Assembly (NCBI GenBank): GCA_937941245.1
Contig: CALDYC010000019.1
Coordinates: forward strand, 4,708-68,707
Length of the DNA stretch: 64,000 bases
Source of the DNA: an uncultured Acidimicrobiales bacterium
GTDB lineage: Bacteria; Actinomycetota; Acidimicrobiia; Acidimicrobiales; UBA10347
Direction: 5' to 3'
The notes beneath the pieces are model-generated. The model did not search any database. It was not told the DNA's origin and worked only from the letters and a program-made list of their open reading frames with translations. Of the stretch, positions 1 to 8,687 are shown piece after piece; position 1 is the first letter of the stretch; the number at the start of each line of letters is the position of its first letter. Position numbers and translations under genes: made by a program.

Positions 1-1238
1 GCTCCGGGCGAGATGTTCACCGATACGCCGCGCAGCACCAAATTGTCGTCGTGCTTGTCGTCGTCGTGCTTGTCATCGTCGTGCTTGTCATCGTCATACG
101 CAAAGTCAACGTCAACCAGTTCGACCCCCAGCGACCCAGACGGAAGCGTGAGCGGCGCCCCTCGCGCCGATGTGGCGATGGGCTCGGCTTCGACGACATC
201 GATCGGCCAATCGAGTACCGCCAATACTTTGCGCCATGCAGCGAGTGATGTCTGGGTTTGGTCGAGTACCTCGGTGATCTCGGTGATTGGATTGAGCAAG
301 AGCGCAGCAAGAAACAGAAAGGACACGAGCCGACCCGACGTCAGGTCCCAGGCTTCGTGCTGCCAGATCCCCATGCCGGCAATCGTGGCGATCGCAAGGC
401 CGCCGACGATGTCGGTTGCCGGCAGGTACAGCGAGAAGTACTTCTGGGCTCGCATCTGTGCTTTGAAGTGGCCATCGACGGCGTCTTGTAGTCGTTCTCT
501 CGTCTGGTTCTCGTAGCCATATGCCCGAATCACCGCTGCGCCGCTCACCGCCTCTGATGTTTCGGCCATCGTCGCCGCCACCCGTTCACGCAGCAGCGAG
601 TACGACCGGAACTGTCCGCGCTGCACAATCTTTGCATAGGGCACGAGCGGCAGGAACATTGCGACCGCGACCACGGTGAGTTGCCACGAGAAGATCACCA
701 TGACGACCAACGTGCCGATGAGCAGCGAGATCGAGGTGATCCAACTCATGGCACCCCATTGAACGAACAACGCCAGCTGATCAATATCGCTGGTGACCCG
801 CGCGGTCATGATCCCCCCGCGGATCGAATGATGGCTCGCAATGCTCAACCGATGCAGATGCGAAAACACGATGACTCGCAGATCGGCGAGGGTCTGTTCC
901 GCGACTCGGACCAGGCGTAGATAGGTCACCCCGCTGAGCACCGTCACCGCGCCGATAATTCCGAGCGCCGTGAGGGCAGCTCCGAGCACGAATCCGGGAC
1001 GCCATGACTGGTCGACGAATCCACGGTCGAGGATCTGCTGAATGAGCAGAGGGACAACGAGACGTCCGGTGGCTGCGGTGAGGGCCATCGCAATCGTGAC
1101 CCGCACGCCACGTTTGAGCCCTGGGCTGACAATCAGGCCGCGACGTAAAACTTCGAGAGCCGGCGCGTTGTCGAGCGCAGACGCTGGTGTCGTGTCATCG
1201 TCTTCACTTGCTGGCTGCTCGTGCGCTGGGTTGGTCAT
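1..1238 (-). CDS. ABC exporter, fused permease/ATP-binding protein (partial; 3' end runs off the left edge)
   Basis: Absent from the ORF track because there is no stop in the window. Manual minus-strand translation from ATG 1238..1236 gives MTNPAHEQPASEDDD...LKRGVRVTIAMALTAATGRLVVPLLIQQILDRG..., a type-I exporter TM domain, then the start of an NBD (VELVDVDFAY...LVLRGVSVNISPG). The ATG overlaps the stop of the upstream gene (ATGA). Confidence 0.75.
   Translation of the reverse strand, partial: MTNPAHEQPASEDDDTTPASALDNAPALEVLRRGLIVSPGLKRGVRVTIAMALTAATGRLVVPLLIQQILDRGFVDQSWRPGFVLGAALTALGIIGAVTVLSGVTYLRLVRVAEQTLADLRVIVFSHLHRLSIASHHSIRGGIMTARVTSDIDQLALFVQWGAMSWITSISLLIGTLVVMVIFSWQLTVVAVAMFLPLVPYAKIVQRGQFRSYSLLRERVAATMAETSEAVSGAAVIRAYGYENQTRERLQDAVDGHFKAQMRAQKYFSLYLPATDIVGGLAIATIAGMGIWQHEAWDLTSGRLVSFLFLAALLLNPITEITEVLDQTQTSLAAWRKVLAVLDWPIDVVEAEPIATSARGAPLTLPSGSLGVELVDVDFAYDDDKHDDDKHDDDKHDDNLVLRGVSVNISPG
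45..89 (-). repeat. 3 x 15-bp in-frame tandem repeat encoding (DDDKH)x3 inside the ABC NBD
   Basis: gtcgtcgtgcttgtc occurs at 45-59 and 60-74, and atcgtcgtgcttgtc at 75-89. The translation is YDDDKHDDDKHDDDKHDD. Confidence 0.9.
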
Positions 1239-1840
1239 GTGCGAGCTTCGATCACGAGAGCAGCGATTGATCCAGCAACGAGAAACGGCCCGAGCGGCAG
1301 TGCGGCTCGTCGCCCGGCACGGTGAGTGAGAAGCACAACAATGGCGACCGGGCCCATCAACAGGTGCGCGGCGAACACGCCTCGCACAATCGTGATCCAC
1401 CCGAATAGTCCGAGTTGTGCCCCTAGGACAACCGCGAGTTTGACGTCACCCAGTCCAAGTCCGTCAGGCCAGACCAAGGCCAGCATGAGATACATCGAAC
1501 TCATAGCGACTGCACCCAGTGCGGCCCGTGTGAGCGACAGGTCGGACCAACCCGCAGTCGAAGCCACCCACAACAACGGCACCGCGATGACCGTGGCGGG
1601 GCGCGTCAGACGGTTCGGGATTCGAAGCTCGCGCATGTCGACCACCGTGACAGCAGCCCCAAATGCCGCAAATGGAAGCAGCGACACGAGCAGGCGCGTC
1701 GACCCGAATGCCCATATCAGGGCCACGGCGAAGGCCACGGCGATTGGAATGGCGGTCCACACCGGCACCATCAGCCGGACATCACCGTTGGAGGTCTCGA
1801 ACCCCGGAGGCGGCGAGTCGATTGGATCCGGCTCCTTCAC
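1235..1840 (-). CDS. Prepilin-type aspartic peptidase, A24 family (TadV/CpaA-like, no methyltransferase domain)
   Basis: 201-aa polytopic membrane protein carrying both A24 catalytic Asp motifs: VTVVDMRELRIPN and GLGDVKLAVVLG. The GTG start overlaps the upstream stop (GTGA at 1837-1840). Confidence 0.7.
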   Translation of the reverse strand: MKEPDPIDSPPPGFETSNGDVRLMVPVWTAIPIAVAFAVALIWAFGSTRLLVSLLPFAAFGAAVTVVDMRELRIPNRLTRPATVIAVPLLWVASTAGWSDLSLTRAALGAVAMSSMYLMLALVWPDGLGLGDVKLAVVLGAQLGLFGWITIVRGVFAAHLLMGPVAIVVLLTHRAGRRAALPLGPFLVAGSIAALVIEART

Positions 1841-3600
1841 GCCGCGCTCTCTTCATAGGCCCGCACCAAGGCTGCATAGTCAGCGCGTTGCATCAGCTCG
1901 ACATGGGTGCCGGTTGCGGCCACGTGACCATTGACCAAGTAGACGACACGATCGGCGAGTTCAATCGTCGCCAGTCGGTAGGCAACCATGATCAAGGTCG
2001 CGCTCAGCTCGGTGCGCAGGCGATCAAGGACGTCGCGCTCAACGGCCGGGTCAAGCGCCGAGGTGGCGTCATCAAGCAGAACCACCGAGGGTTCGCGCGC
2101 CAGCGCTCGGGCCAACGCAATGCGCTGACGCTGGCCTCCCGACAACGTGATCCCGCGCTCGCCGACAACGGTGTCGACACCGTGAGGAAGTTCCGAGACG
2201 AACGCCTCTGCTGCCGCATTGCTGACAGCGGCTGCGACGTGAGCTTCGGTCAGGTCAACACCAAGCGTGATGTTCTCGCGGATCGACGACGCAAACAAAA
2301 ACGCTTCTTGAAAGACGGGAAGCACCCGTTCTGCTCGTGCGCCTGCTGCAAGCAATGATGGGTCATCGCCACCGACGCGGACCTCGCCGCTGTCCGCCGG
2401 AGCGAGTCCTGCGATCAGGTGCATGATTGTGCTCTTGCCCGATCCGGTTGATCCGACTATCGCGAGTGACTCGCCGGCAGAGACCGCAAAGCTCACGTCA
2501 TGCAGAACGGGTTCGGCGTCATACGCGAACGACACGCCGCGCAGTTCAACAGCAACCGGCCCTTCAGCAGGTGCTACACCGATGTGGTGCTCCACACTGC
2601 GGCGCGGTTCGGCAATGACTGCGTCGACTCGAGACAGCCCCGCTACCGACCCGGGGATCTCCTGAAGCAAAAAGCCAACGATGCGAACGGGCACCGCCAA
2701 AATGGTGAACAGCGAAACGGCGGTGATAAGACCGCCAATCGTTGTCTCGCCTCGATCGACAAGCCAGGCACCAATCGCGACGAGTGCCACGACACCGACG
2801 TTCGGCAGCGCTTCGATGATTGGATCAAACACCGCCCGAAGCCGACCGACTGCGACCCGGCTCTGACGTAACGCATCAGCCGCAGCTGCGAGCCTGTCGA
2901 CCTCATCTTGTTCACGTCCCAGCGTCTTGACAACCAACGCTCCATCGAAGCTCTCGTGGGTAATCGAAGCCACCACGCCATTGTCGACGCGTTCCTGCTG
3001 AGCCGGCTTCGACACTCGATCGGTGAAATACCGGTTGAGCACCGCAAGCAATGGGAACAGCACCAAGGCGACAAGTGCCATAAACGGATGGATCAGCCAC
3101 AGAGCAACAAGCGACGCGACAGCAAGAGCGATCGTGCCAGTTGCAAAGGCCAATGGCTTGAGCATGCGAGTGGATCGTTCAAGGTCGGTGTCGGCATGCG
3201 CAAGCAGGTGCCCCGCTGGCACCCGACGGTGATAGCTCAGCGGCAGGTAAACGAATTGATCCATGAGCTGCTCGCGCCAGAACTTCTGCGTGCCGTATTC
3301 AGCAAGCGACTGAAACCAGCGACGACCCATCGCCCCACATGCCCGAACTGTGCCGACCATCGCCAATGCCCCAAGAGTCAGCCACATTGTCCGGTTCGAG
3401 ATGTCTTGCCCGCTGAGCTGTGGGATCACGACTCGATCTGCAACCTCGCCAAGCAACTGACTGAACCCGACCGAGGCCAACGCGTAGATGACAGCTCCCA
3501 ACGTGGCAAGCGCGTGTGCGGCGGGTCGCAGACGCCAGGAGCGGCGGACCAGGCGGAATCCTGCAGCAAGCACCTCACGCGACGCGCCCGATTCGGCCAT
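1837..3600 (-). CDS. ABC exporter, fused permease/ATP-binding protein
   Basis: Walker A GSTGSGKST, signature LSGGQRQRIALARAL, Walker B VVLLDDATSALD, with an N-terminal 6-TM domain. I place the start at ATG 3600 (MAESGASREV...). The longer track ORF to 3894 would overlap the divergent lipoprotein gene. Confidence 0.85.
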   Translation of the reverse strand: MAESGASREVLAAGFRLVRRSWRLRPAAHALATLGAVIYALASVGFSQLLGEVADRVVIPQLSGQDISNRTMWLTLGALAMVGTVRACGAMGRRWFQSLAEYGTQKFWREQLMDQFVYLPLSYHRRVPAGHLLAHADTDLERSTRMLKPLAFATGTIALAVASLVALWLIHPFMALVALVLFPLLAVLNRYFTDRVSKPAQQERVDNGVVASITHESFDGALVVKTLGREQDEVDRLAAAADALRQSRVAVGRLRAVFDPIIEALPNVGVVALVAIGAWLVDRGETTIGGLITAVSLFTILAVPVRIVGFLLQEIPGSVAGLSRVDAVIAEPRRSVEHHIGVAPAEGPVAVELRGVSFAYDAEPVLHDVSFAVSAGESLAIVGSTGSGKSTIMHLIAGLAPADSGEVRVGGDDPSLLAAGARAERVLPVFQEAFLFASSIRENITLGVDLTEAHVAAAVSNAAAEAFVSELPHGVDTVVGERGITLSGGQRQRIALARALAREPSVVLLDDATSALDPAVERDVLDRLRTELSATLIMVAYRLATIELADRVVYLVNGHVAATGTHVELMQRADYAALVRAYEESAA

Positions 3601-3642
3601 GACCGACGATCGTAGTGTTCGGTCTGGCAGGCTGACCCGGTT

Positions 3643-4434
3643 ATGAAGCGCTCTTCGATGCTTGCGGTGGTCGTCGCGCTGGCACTCGCCGGCTGCTCGG
3701 GCGGCGGCGACGAGGCCGAACCAACCGCCGTACCAGACATTGCGTCGGTCACAACCTCCGATGCGAAGACCTATGTTGCTGAGTGGTTCATCAGCGCCGA
3801 GTCCGTCGGCGCCGACGGGCCGGGTTATCCGTACGCCTATCGAGAAGCTGTCGATGACCGAACTGGCCGGTACCTCATCCAATCTCCGGATCACGTCGCA
3901 GTCCAGACCCGCGATGAAGTGATCTTTTGTGCTGCGATCTTCCGCGCCGGTGATTCGTTCTGCGCGTTGACCGAGCGCACCGATGGAGCGCCCCCGGTAC
4001 TTGAGTATCCGCTGCAGCTCACTCGACAGTGGAGTCCGCGCCAGCTTTACGGCCTTGCCAGCTGGAGCGAGATGGAACTGGCCGTCCGTGCTGAGCCCGA
4101 CGCGTGGGAGCGTTCGAGGGGAACGTCTGCGTTCGGATCAGTCACGGAGTGCTTCAAGGTGGTTGGTGAGACCACAGCGGCGAACACTGGATTTGAGGTG
4201 TGCTTCACCGACGATGACCTGCGTCTGGTCGCGACAGTTGATCTGCAGGGTGATCTGATTTACGAGATCGATCTACTCACGCTGAAACGTTCGGTCGACG
4301 CAGCTGATTTTGAGACCAACCTCGATGAGTTCATCGAAGAGAAAGAATCATTGCAGGAACAACTCGTGGCATTGTTCCCCGAGATCCCGGCACCACGGGC
4401 GACACCAACACCAGGAATCCCGGCTAGCGGATAG
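3643..4434 (+). CDS. Putative secreted lipoprotein, function unknown
   Basis: N-terminus MKRSSMLAVVVALALAGCSGG has a signal peptide with lipobox LAGC. Third-position GC bias is coding-like. Confidence 0.6.
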   Translation: MKRSSMLAVVVALALAGCSGGGDEAEPTAVPDIASVTTSDAKTYVAEWFISAESVGADGPGYPYAYREAVDDRTGRYLIQSPDHVAVQTRDEVIFCAAIFRAGDSFCALTERTDGAPPVLEYPLQLTRQWSPRQLYGLASWSEMELAVRAEPDAWERSRGTSAFGSVTECFKVVGETTAANTGFEVCFTDDDLRLVATVDLQGDLIYEIDLLTLKRSVDAADFETNLDEFIEEKESLQEQLVALFPEIPAPRATPTPGIPASG

Positions 4435-4470
4435 CGGGGCGGGCGGGGCGGCTCGGTCGTTGCGACTGGT

Positions 4471-4538
4471 CAGTCCCTAATCAAAGGCAGTCCCGAATCA
4501 AGGGCAGTGCCGAATCAAGGGCAGTGCCGAATCAAGAG
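4471..4538. repeat. 4 x 17-bp direct tandem repeat (cagt[cg]cc[tg]aatcaa[ag]g[g])
   Basis: Units lie at 4471-4487, 4488-4504, 4505-4521 and 4522-4538. The last unit contains the stop codon of the 4532..5167 gene. The repeat lies in the convergent spacer. Confidence 0.85.
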
Positions 4539-5167
4539 CGGCGGGGTGTTACCGCAGGAATGTCGAGCGGAAGCTCGAACAGTGATAGGTCCTGCGGTCG
4601 GTGATCGTCATCGCCTGCCCGTGCTGCCAAATGGCCCGGTGCTCGCATGGTGCTCACAGATGATGTCGGCGTAACAGATGATGTCGGCGTAGACGGAACC
4701 GGCACGGTTCGAGCTGGTGTCGGCGCTGGCTGGTGGACCGGCGGCGTCGACACGGTTGCGAGTTCGACTTCGGGCTTGGTAGCCACGGCATCGGGTGTTT
4801 CGAGATAGGCGTCGGGATTGACCGGGATGTCATTGGTCAATGCCCGGAACTGCTCGTCTGGGGTCGGCTGCTGTGCCTCGGCAGCAGCAGTTGCCTCGTA
4901 CTGGCGAGCCAGCAGTTCTTCGACCGTCGTCGTCAATGGCTCGACCGGCCGGGCCGGTGCGGTCCATCCTGGATCACGTGCGTCGACGAGTTGCCACGAC
5001 ATCGGAACGACCGTTGCGTTGGCGTGGCGGCGACAAAGCACAATGCCGGTAGCCGGGTTCGGATCGTCGAGATCGAACAACCACGCTTTCGCCTGATTCG
5101 GAGCGAAGCTCAACAGCGCCACGGCGTCATGGGCGCAGCTCATGCGTGCACACGTATCCATCGCCAC
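4532..5167 (-). CDS. DUF3499-like actinobacterial conserved protein
   Basis: N-terminal Cys/His pattern C..MSCAHDAVALLSF...LCRRHAN...W resembles DUF3499. The C-terminal half is Pro/Thr-rich. Family assignment is from memory only. Confidence 0.55.
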   Translation of the reverse strand: MAMDTCARMSCAHDAVALLSFAPNQAKAWLFDLDDPNPATGIVLCRRHANATVVPMSWQLVDARDPGWTAPARPVEPLTTTVEELLARQYEATAAAEAQQPTPDEQFRALTNDIPVNPDAYLETPDAVATKPEVELATVSTPPVHQPAPTPARTVPVPSTPTSSVTPTSSVSTMRAPGHLAARAGDDDHRPQDLSLFELPLDIPAVTPRRS

Positions 5168-5296
5168 AAGCTACTCAAGCCCCGTGACCAATACATGGAT
5201 ACCCAAACCCCACCAGCAACATTGGCCACAATTTGCGCGAGTCCTCGACGCACTTCGCTCCCATGCATGACCAACGGCAACTAGCGTGAACGACAC

Positions 5297-6328
5297 ATGA
5301 TCTCTTGGGACAACCTCGACTCACTGACCCGGCAGTTCGAAGCGTGCAACGTGTCGACAGGAACCAACGTCGTGCTGCTGACCGATCAGCACACGCCGTC
5401 CGACGTGGTCGATCTGGTTGCACTCAGCATCGACCGATTGAGCGCAACGCTCGTAGAAGTTCGAGCTCGCACCACATCGATCGCCGCTGCCGCCACGAAT
5501 CCGGTCCTCGAAGGTGCGCTTCGTTCGGCTGAATTGGTCGTCACGTGTGGGCCCGAGCATGGCTTTGCCCAGTGGTGGGATAGCCAGGACTTCGCTGATC
5601 AGCGTCTGCTGCATCTCAGCCCAGCGACCGTCCATGCGGGCCGCTACCGGCCACAACAGAGCATGCGCCGGCGAACTGCCACGCTGTCCAAAACGTTTCG
5701 CAAAGCGTCGAAGGCGCTGCTAAGCGACCCTCACGGCACCGAACTACACATTGACCTCGCTCAAGCAACCGTGACGGGCAGCTCCGGCACGGTTCTCGAC
5801 CCAGGAACTGTCGCAGTATTTCCCGGCGGCATGGTGCTTGTTCACCCCATTGAGCGTGCGATCGACGGAACCCTTGTTTTCATGCCTGGCGACGCCAATC
5901 TGCGATTGGCCACATTCATACACTCGCCAGTTCGGCTGACGTTCGAGCGCAGCCACCTCACCCGCATCGACGGAGAGACCTCCGACGCCGACTCGATCCG
6001 CGCCGTCGTCGAACAGGCCAGTCAGTTCTCCAATACTGACCAATCCGAGCCGTTGACCGCCCGCGAACTCCAACTCGGCGTCAACGCCGGCCATACGCAA
6101 TGCGTGAACCCATTCGATCCACTGCTACTTGATCGCGACCAAGCACCAATTGCTGCAGGTCTCATCGGATTCGGATTCGGGCAGATCGGCGGTGAACCAA
6201 CCGGATCTTGCGATGCACTGACGTTCGTGCTTCCGCAGCGATCGCTCAGCATCGACGGACTCGACGTCATCACTGCGGGCGAGCTTCAGGGCGCGTTCGG
6301 CCCGGACGTGTACGAAACTGCCGGCTGA
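5297..6328 (+). CDS. Hypothetical protein (possibly aminopeptidase-T/NicX-like fold; weak)
   Basis: 343-aa ORF with good GC3 bias. Its size and a few motifs recall M29/NicX-type proteins, but I cannot confirm that. Confidence 0.5.
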   Translation: MISWDNLDSLTRQFEACNVSTGTNVVLLTDQHTPSDVVDLVALSIDRLSATLVEVRARTTSIAAAATNPVLEGALRSAELVVTCGPEHGFAQWWDSQDFADQRLLHLSPATVHAGRYRPQQSMRRRTATLSKTFRKASKALLSDPHGTELHIDLAQATVTGSSGTVLDPGTVAVFPGGMVLVHPIERAIDGTLVFMPGDANLRLATFIHSPVRLTFERSHLTRIDGETSDADSIRAVVEQASQFSNTDQSEPLTARELQLGVNAGHTQCVNPFDPLLLDRDQAPIAAGLIGFGFGQIGGEPTGSCDALTFVLPQRSLSIDGLDVITAGELQGAFGPDVYETAG

Positions 6329-6384
6329 CCCGCCAACTTGGTCAATCCGGCGAGCGTGTCACACCGCGGCGCGAGTATGCACCC

Positions 6385-6864
6385 ATGACGGTTCTTCAAC
6401 TTGACCAACCCCGCCAACTTCGACTGGTCTCATCGTCTGGGCGCCCCCGCATTCGCCGATCGCGCTACCGCGATACGGCGAACCTCGGTCTCGAATCCCG
6501 TCGCCTGCTCAACGAGTTGCTGCGGGCGCGCCTTGCCACCGGCCAACCGGTCGACGCCGACGCTGCTCGTGTCGTGCTCGCCGCCCGCCAAAACCACCAT
6601 GTCGGGCCAGCGCACCGATTCACAGCCGAACTCATCTGGCAACTCGTCTTCGTCGACATCCTCAGTTGGTGCCGAACCAGGCGGCTCAACGTACCCGATG
6701 GCATTGCAGCTGCACTTGCCGCCATTGTCACTCATCTTCATACAACCGGGCAGCTCCACCCGTCGAGCGACTCAATCGGCGAGCTGCTTACCGCAATCGA
6801 CGAATGCACCGGAAGCGATCACAACACCACCGACCATCGCACTACTGACCACCGGCACCACTGA
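6385..6864 (+). CDS. Hypothetical protein
   Basis: Start chosen at ATG 6385 (MTVLQLDQPRQ...) to avoid overlap with the upstream gene. GC3 bias is strong in this frame. The C-terminus is the low-complexity tract TTDHRTTDHRHH. Confidence 0.5.
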   Translation: MTVLQLDQPRQLRLVSSSGRPRIRRSRYRDTANLGLESRRLLNELLRARLATGQPVDADAARVVLAARQNHHVGPAHRFTAELIWQLVFVDILSWCRTRRLNVPDGIAAALAAIVTHLHTTGQLHPSSDSIGELLTAIDECTGSDHNTTDHRTTDHRHH

Positions 6865-6914
6865 CCACCAGTAACTGACCACCACCAGCGCTGATCACGC
6901 CAAATATCGCTGCG

Positions 6915-7142
6915 GTGCACCGTCCCTCGATCGGGGCGACGGGCACCGTTGAGTCCGTTCGATACGATCTCGTCGTGGCCACACCCGCAAATAGTCGACG
7001 CACGACATCGAACCAGCGCAACGCAGCGCCATCACCACAGCCGCAACGACGCGACCGTCGCCTGTTCTGGACCCGTATCGTCGCTGGTGGATTGGTGATT
7101 GCCATGCTGTTGCCGATCCTGATCAGCTTCATCGTGGTCTGA
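6915..7142 (+). CDS. Small tail-anchored membrane protein (hypothetical)
   Basis: 75-aa ORF with a GTG start, a basic stretch, then one C-terminal TM (FWTRIVAGGLVIAMLLPILISFIVV). A weak hairpin follows the stop. Confidence 0.35.
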   Translation: MHRPSIGATGTVESVRYDLVVATPANSRRTTSNQRNAAPSPQPQRRDRRLFWTRIVAGGLVIAMLLPILISFIVV

Positions 7143-7218
7143 CTGGCCTTCTGGTCAGCTGCCTCAGTGCAATAGCGCCGTACCGCTAGTCTGACCACGG
7201 TCTGCAACGGGAGCAGCA

Positions 7219-8001
7219 GTGATACGTCAGAACAGGGCAGTCCCTATCCTCCTTGTGTTCACCGTGGCCTGGGTGCTGTATTTAGCTGGGTGTTTCGGGT
7301 CCGATGAGCCGTCCACCGCCCAGATCGAAGTACCCACAACGGTGGTCACTACACCGACTGCGCCTCCGGTAGTCACCGCCATTCCCGCTGATATTGCCGA
7401 GCCCGAGGAACCGTTCACCTACACCGTCGAAGAGGGCGACAACATGGGGACGATTGCGACTCGATTCAGCGTGACTCCGGATCAAATCATCCGAGCAAAC
7501 CCCGGAATCAATCCGAGCAGGCTATTTGTCGGCGACGAACTTCGTATTCCCGAAGCAACAACCGACGCCACGAACGTCAACCTCGATCCGGCGGACCGTG
7601 AAGAAGGTGTCAGCATCTTCTATGCCGTTCAGGAGGGTGACTTCTTCGGTCTCATCGCCGAGGAGCACCTCGTCGCACTCGACTCGCTGATCGACGAGAA
7701 CCCCGATGTAGATCCCGCAAGCATCGTCCCGGGCCAGATTCTTACAATCCCGCCGATTTACACCGGCTTGTCACCCGAGGCAATCGCTGCGTTCTCAACG
7801 CCGGTCCCCGTCGAGCGAGAGCCCGGCGAGATCCTCTTCCATACGGTGCAGGCCGGCGACACGTTGTCGGCACTCGCTGACCTGTACGGCGTTACGTCAG
7901 ACGCGATTCTCGACGCGTCGTTACTCGACGACGACAACCTAGCAATCGGTCAAGAACTCACGATCCCGCCCCCGCCAACACCAACGCCATTGGAGCGCTG
8001 A
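7219..8001 (+). CDS. LysM-repeat lipoprotein (three LysM domains)
   Basis: Lipobox YLAGC. Three LysM modules: YTVEEGDNMGTIATRF...GDELRIP, YAVQEGDFFGLIAEEH...GQILTIP and HTVQAGDTLSALADLY...GQELTIP. Confidence 0.8.
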   Translation: MIRQNRAVPILLVFTVAWVLYLAGCFGSDEPSTAQIEVPTTVVTTPTAPPVVTAIPADIAEPEEPFTYTVEEGDNMGTIATRFSVTPDQIIRANPGINPSRLFVGDELRIPEATTDATNVNLDPADREEGVSIFYAVQEGDFFGLIAEEHLVALDSLIDENPDVDPASIVPGQILTIPPIYTGLSPEAIAAFSTPVPVEREPGEILFHTVQAGDTLSALADLYGVTSDAILDASLLDDDNLAIGQELTIPPPPTPTPLER

Positions 8002-8016
8002 CGAGGGCAAGGACCA

Positions 8017-8568
8017 TCACGATTCAGCGATTGTCACACTCTCGATGACCAGATCTTCGGATGGACGGTCGCCAGCTGCGGTACGCACAGCTTGCATCTC
8101 CCCAACGATCTCCTGGCCACCAACCACCTTGCCAAACAGCGAGTACTGGGGCGGAAGCCCAACGCCATTTGGTCCGCTGATAATGAAGAATTGGCTGCCG
8201 TTGGTGTTCGGACCGGCATTGGCCATGGCCAACGAACCCAGTTCGTACTCACCGGGATTCGGAAGCTCGTCTTCGAAGCGGTAGCCGGGGCCGCCGCGTC
8301 CGCTTCCTTCGGGGCAACCGCCCTGGCACATGAAGCCGTTGATGATGCGATGGAAGATAAGTCCGTCGTAATAGTGGTACCGAGCAAGCGTCACAAAGTT
8401 GTTGACCGTCTTTGGGGCCTTGTCGGGGTACAGAGCAATCGTCAGCGTGCCGAGGCTCGTCTTCATCGTTGCGGTGTAGGTCTTGGCTGGGTCGATGCAC
8501 ATCGGTGGTGCCTCGTCGAACGCAGTGCGGCGTTCACTTGAGCCATCGGGATTCGGACATTCAGTCAT
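8017..8568 (-). CDS. ppiA: Peptidyl-prolyl cis-trans isomerase, cyclophilin type
   Basis: Cyclophilin motifs YDGLIFHRIINGFMCQGG, ...GSLAMANAGPNTNGSQFFI. Confidence 0.9.
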   Translation of the reverse strand: MTECPNPDGSSERRTAFDEAPPMCIDPAKTYTATMKTSLGTLTIALYPDKAPKTVNNFVTLARYHYYDGLIFHRIINGFMCQGGCPEGSGRGGPGYRFEDELPNPGEYELGSLAMANAGPNTNGSQFFIISGPNGVGLPPQYSLFGKVVGGQEIVGEMQAVRTAAGDRPSEDLVIESVTIAES

Positions 8569-8687
8569 TCGGTGTTCCTGTCGTGGTTAAGCCTGGACAC
8601 CTTATTGCCACTACTCGACAAGCCAGCGACACCGACCGAGATGAGCTGCTTCTAAGCTCACATCCGGTATCTGAAAAGGAAGCACAC

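Noticed and set aside
3601-3894. N-terminal extensions of track ORFs. Examples: 3601-3894 (ABC), 8412-8687 (hbd), 21124-21216 (dnaK), 27190-27315 (dcd), 27888-28247 (tdk), 28971-29072 (degV), 33269-33391 (trxA), 40102-40158 (rpmH), 56401-56511 (sseA) and 21248-21355 (Fe-S reductase).
   Set aside because: The conserved protein N-termini start at internal ATG or GTG codons, often preceded by an SD. The extensions overlap neighbouring genes or promoters and lack family similarity.
4435-4452. Possible G-quadruplex, gcggggcgggcggggcgg.
   Set aside because: There are only three runs of at least 3 G, and the fourth run is GG. It does not meet the canonical four-tract G4 pattern.
4471-4538. Possible CRISPR array, because of the short direct repeats. 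The repeats at 24781-25030 raise the same question.
   Set aside because: The units are directly adjacent with no spacers. The unit length of 17 bp is too short. No cas genes are in the window. The 24.8-kb repeats are in-frame coding for a PT linker.
6865-7218. ydaO-type (c-di-AMP) riboswitch upstream of the LysM lipoprotein gene, as is often seen before actinobacterial cell-wall genes.
   Set aside because: I could not find the paired conserved GGGGA/ACCC-type motifs or the pseudo-two-fold arrangement. The region is better explained by a 75-aa tail-anchored ORF plus a short leader.
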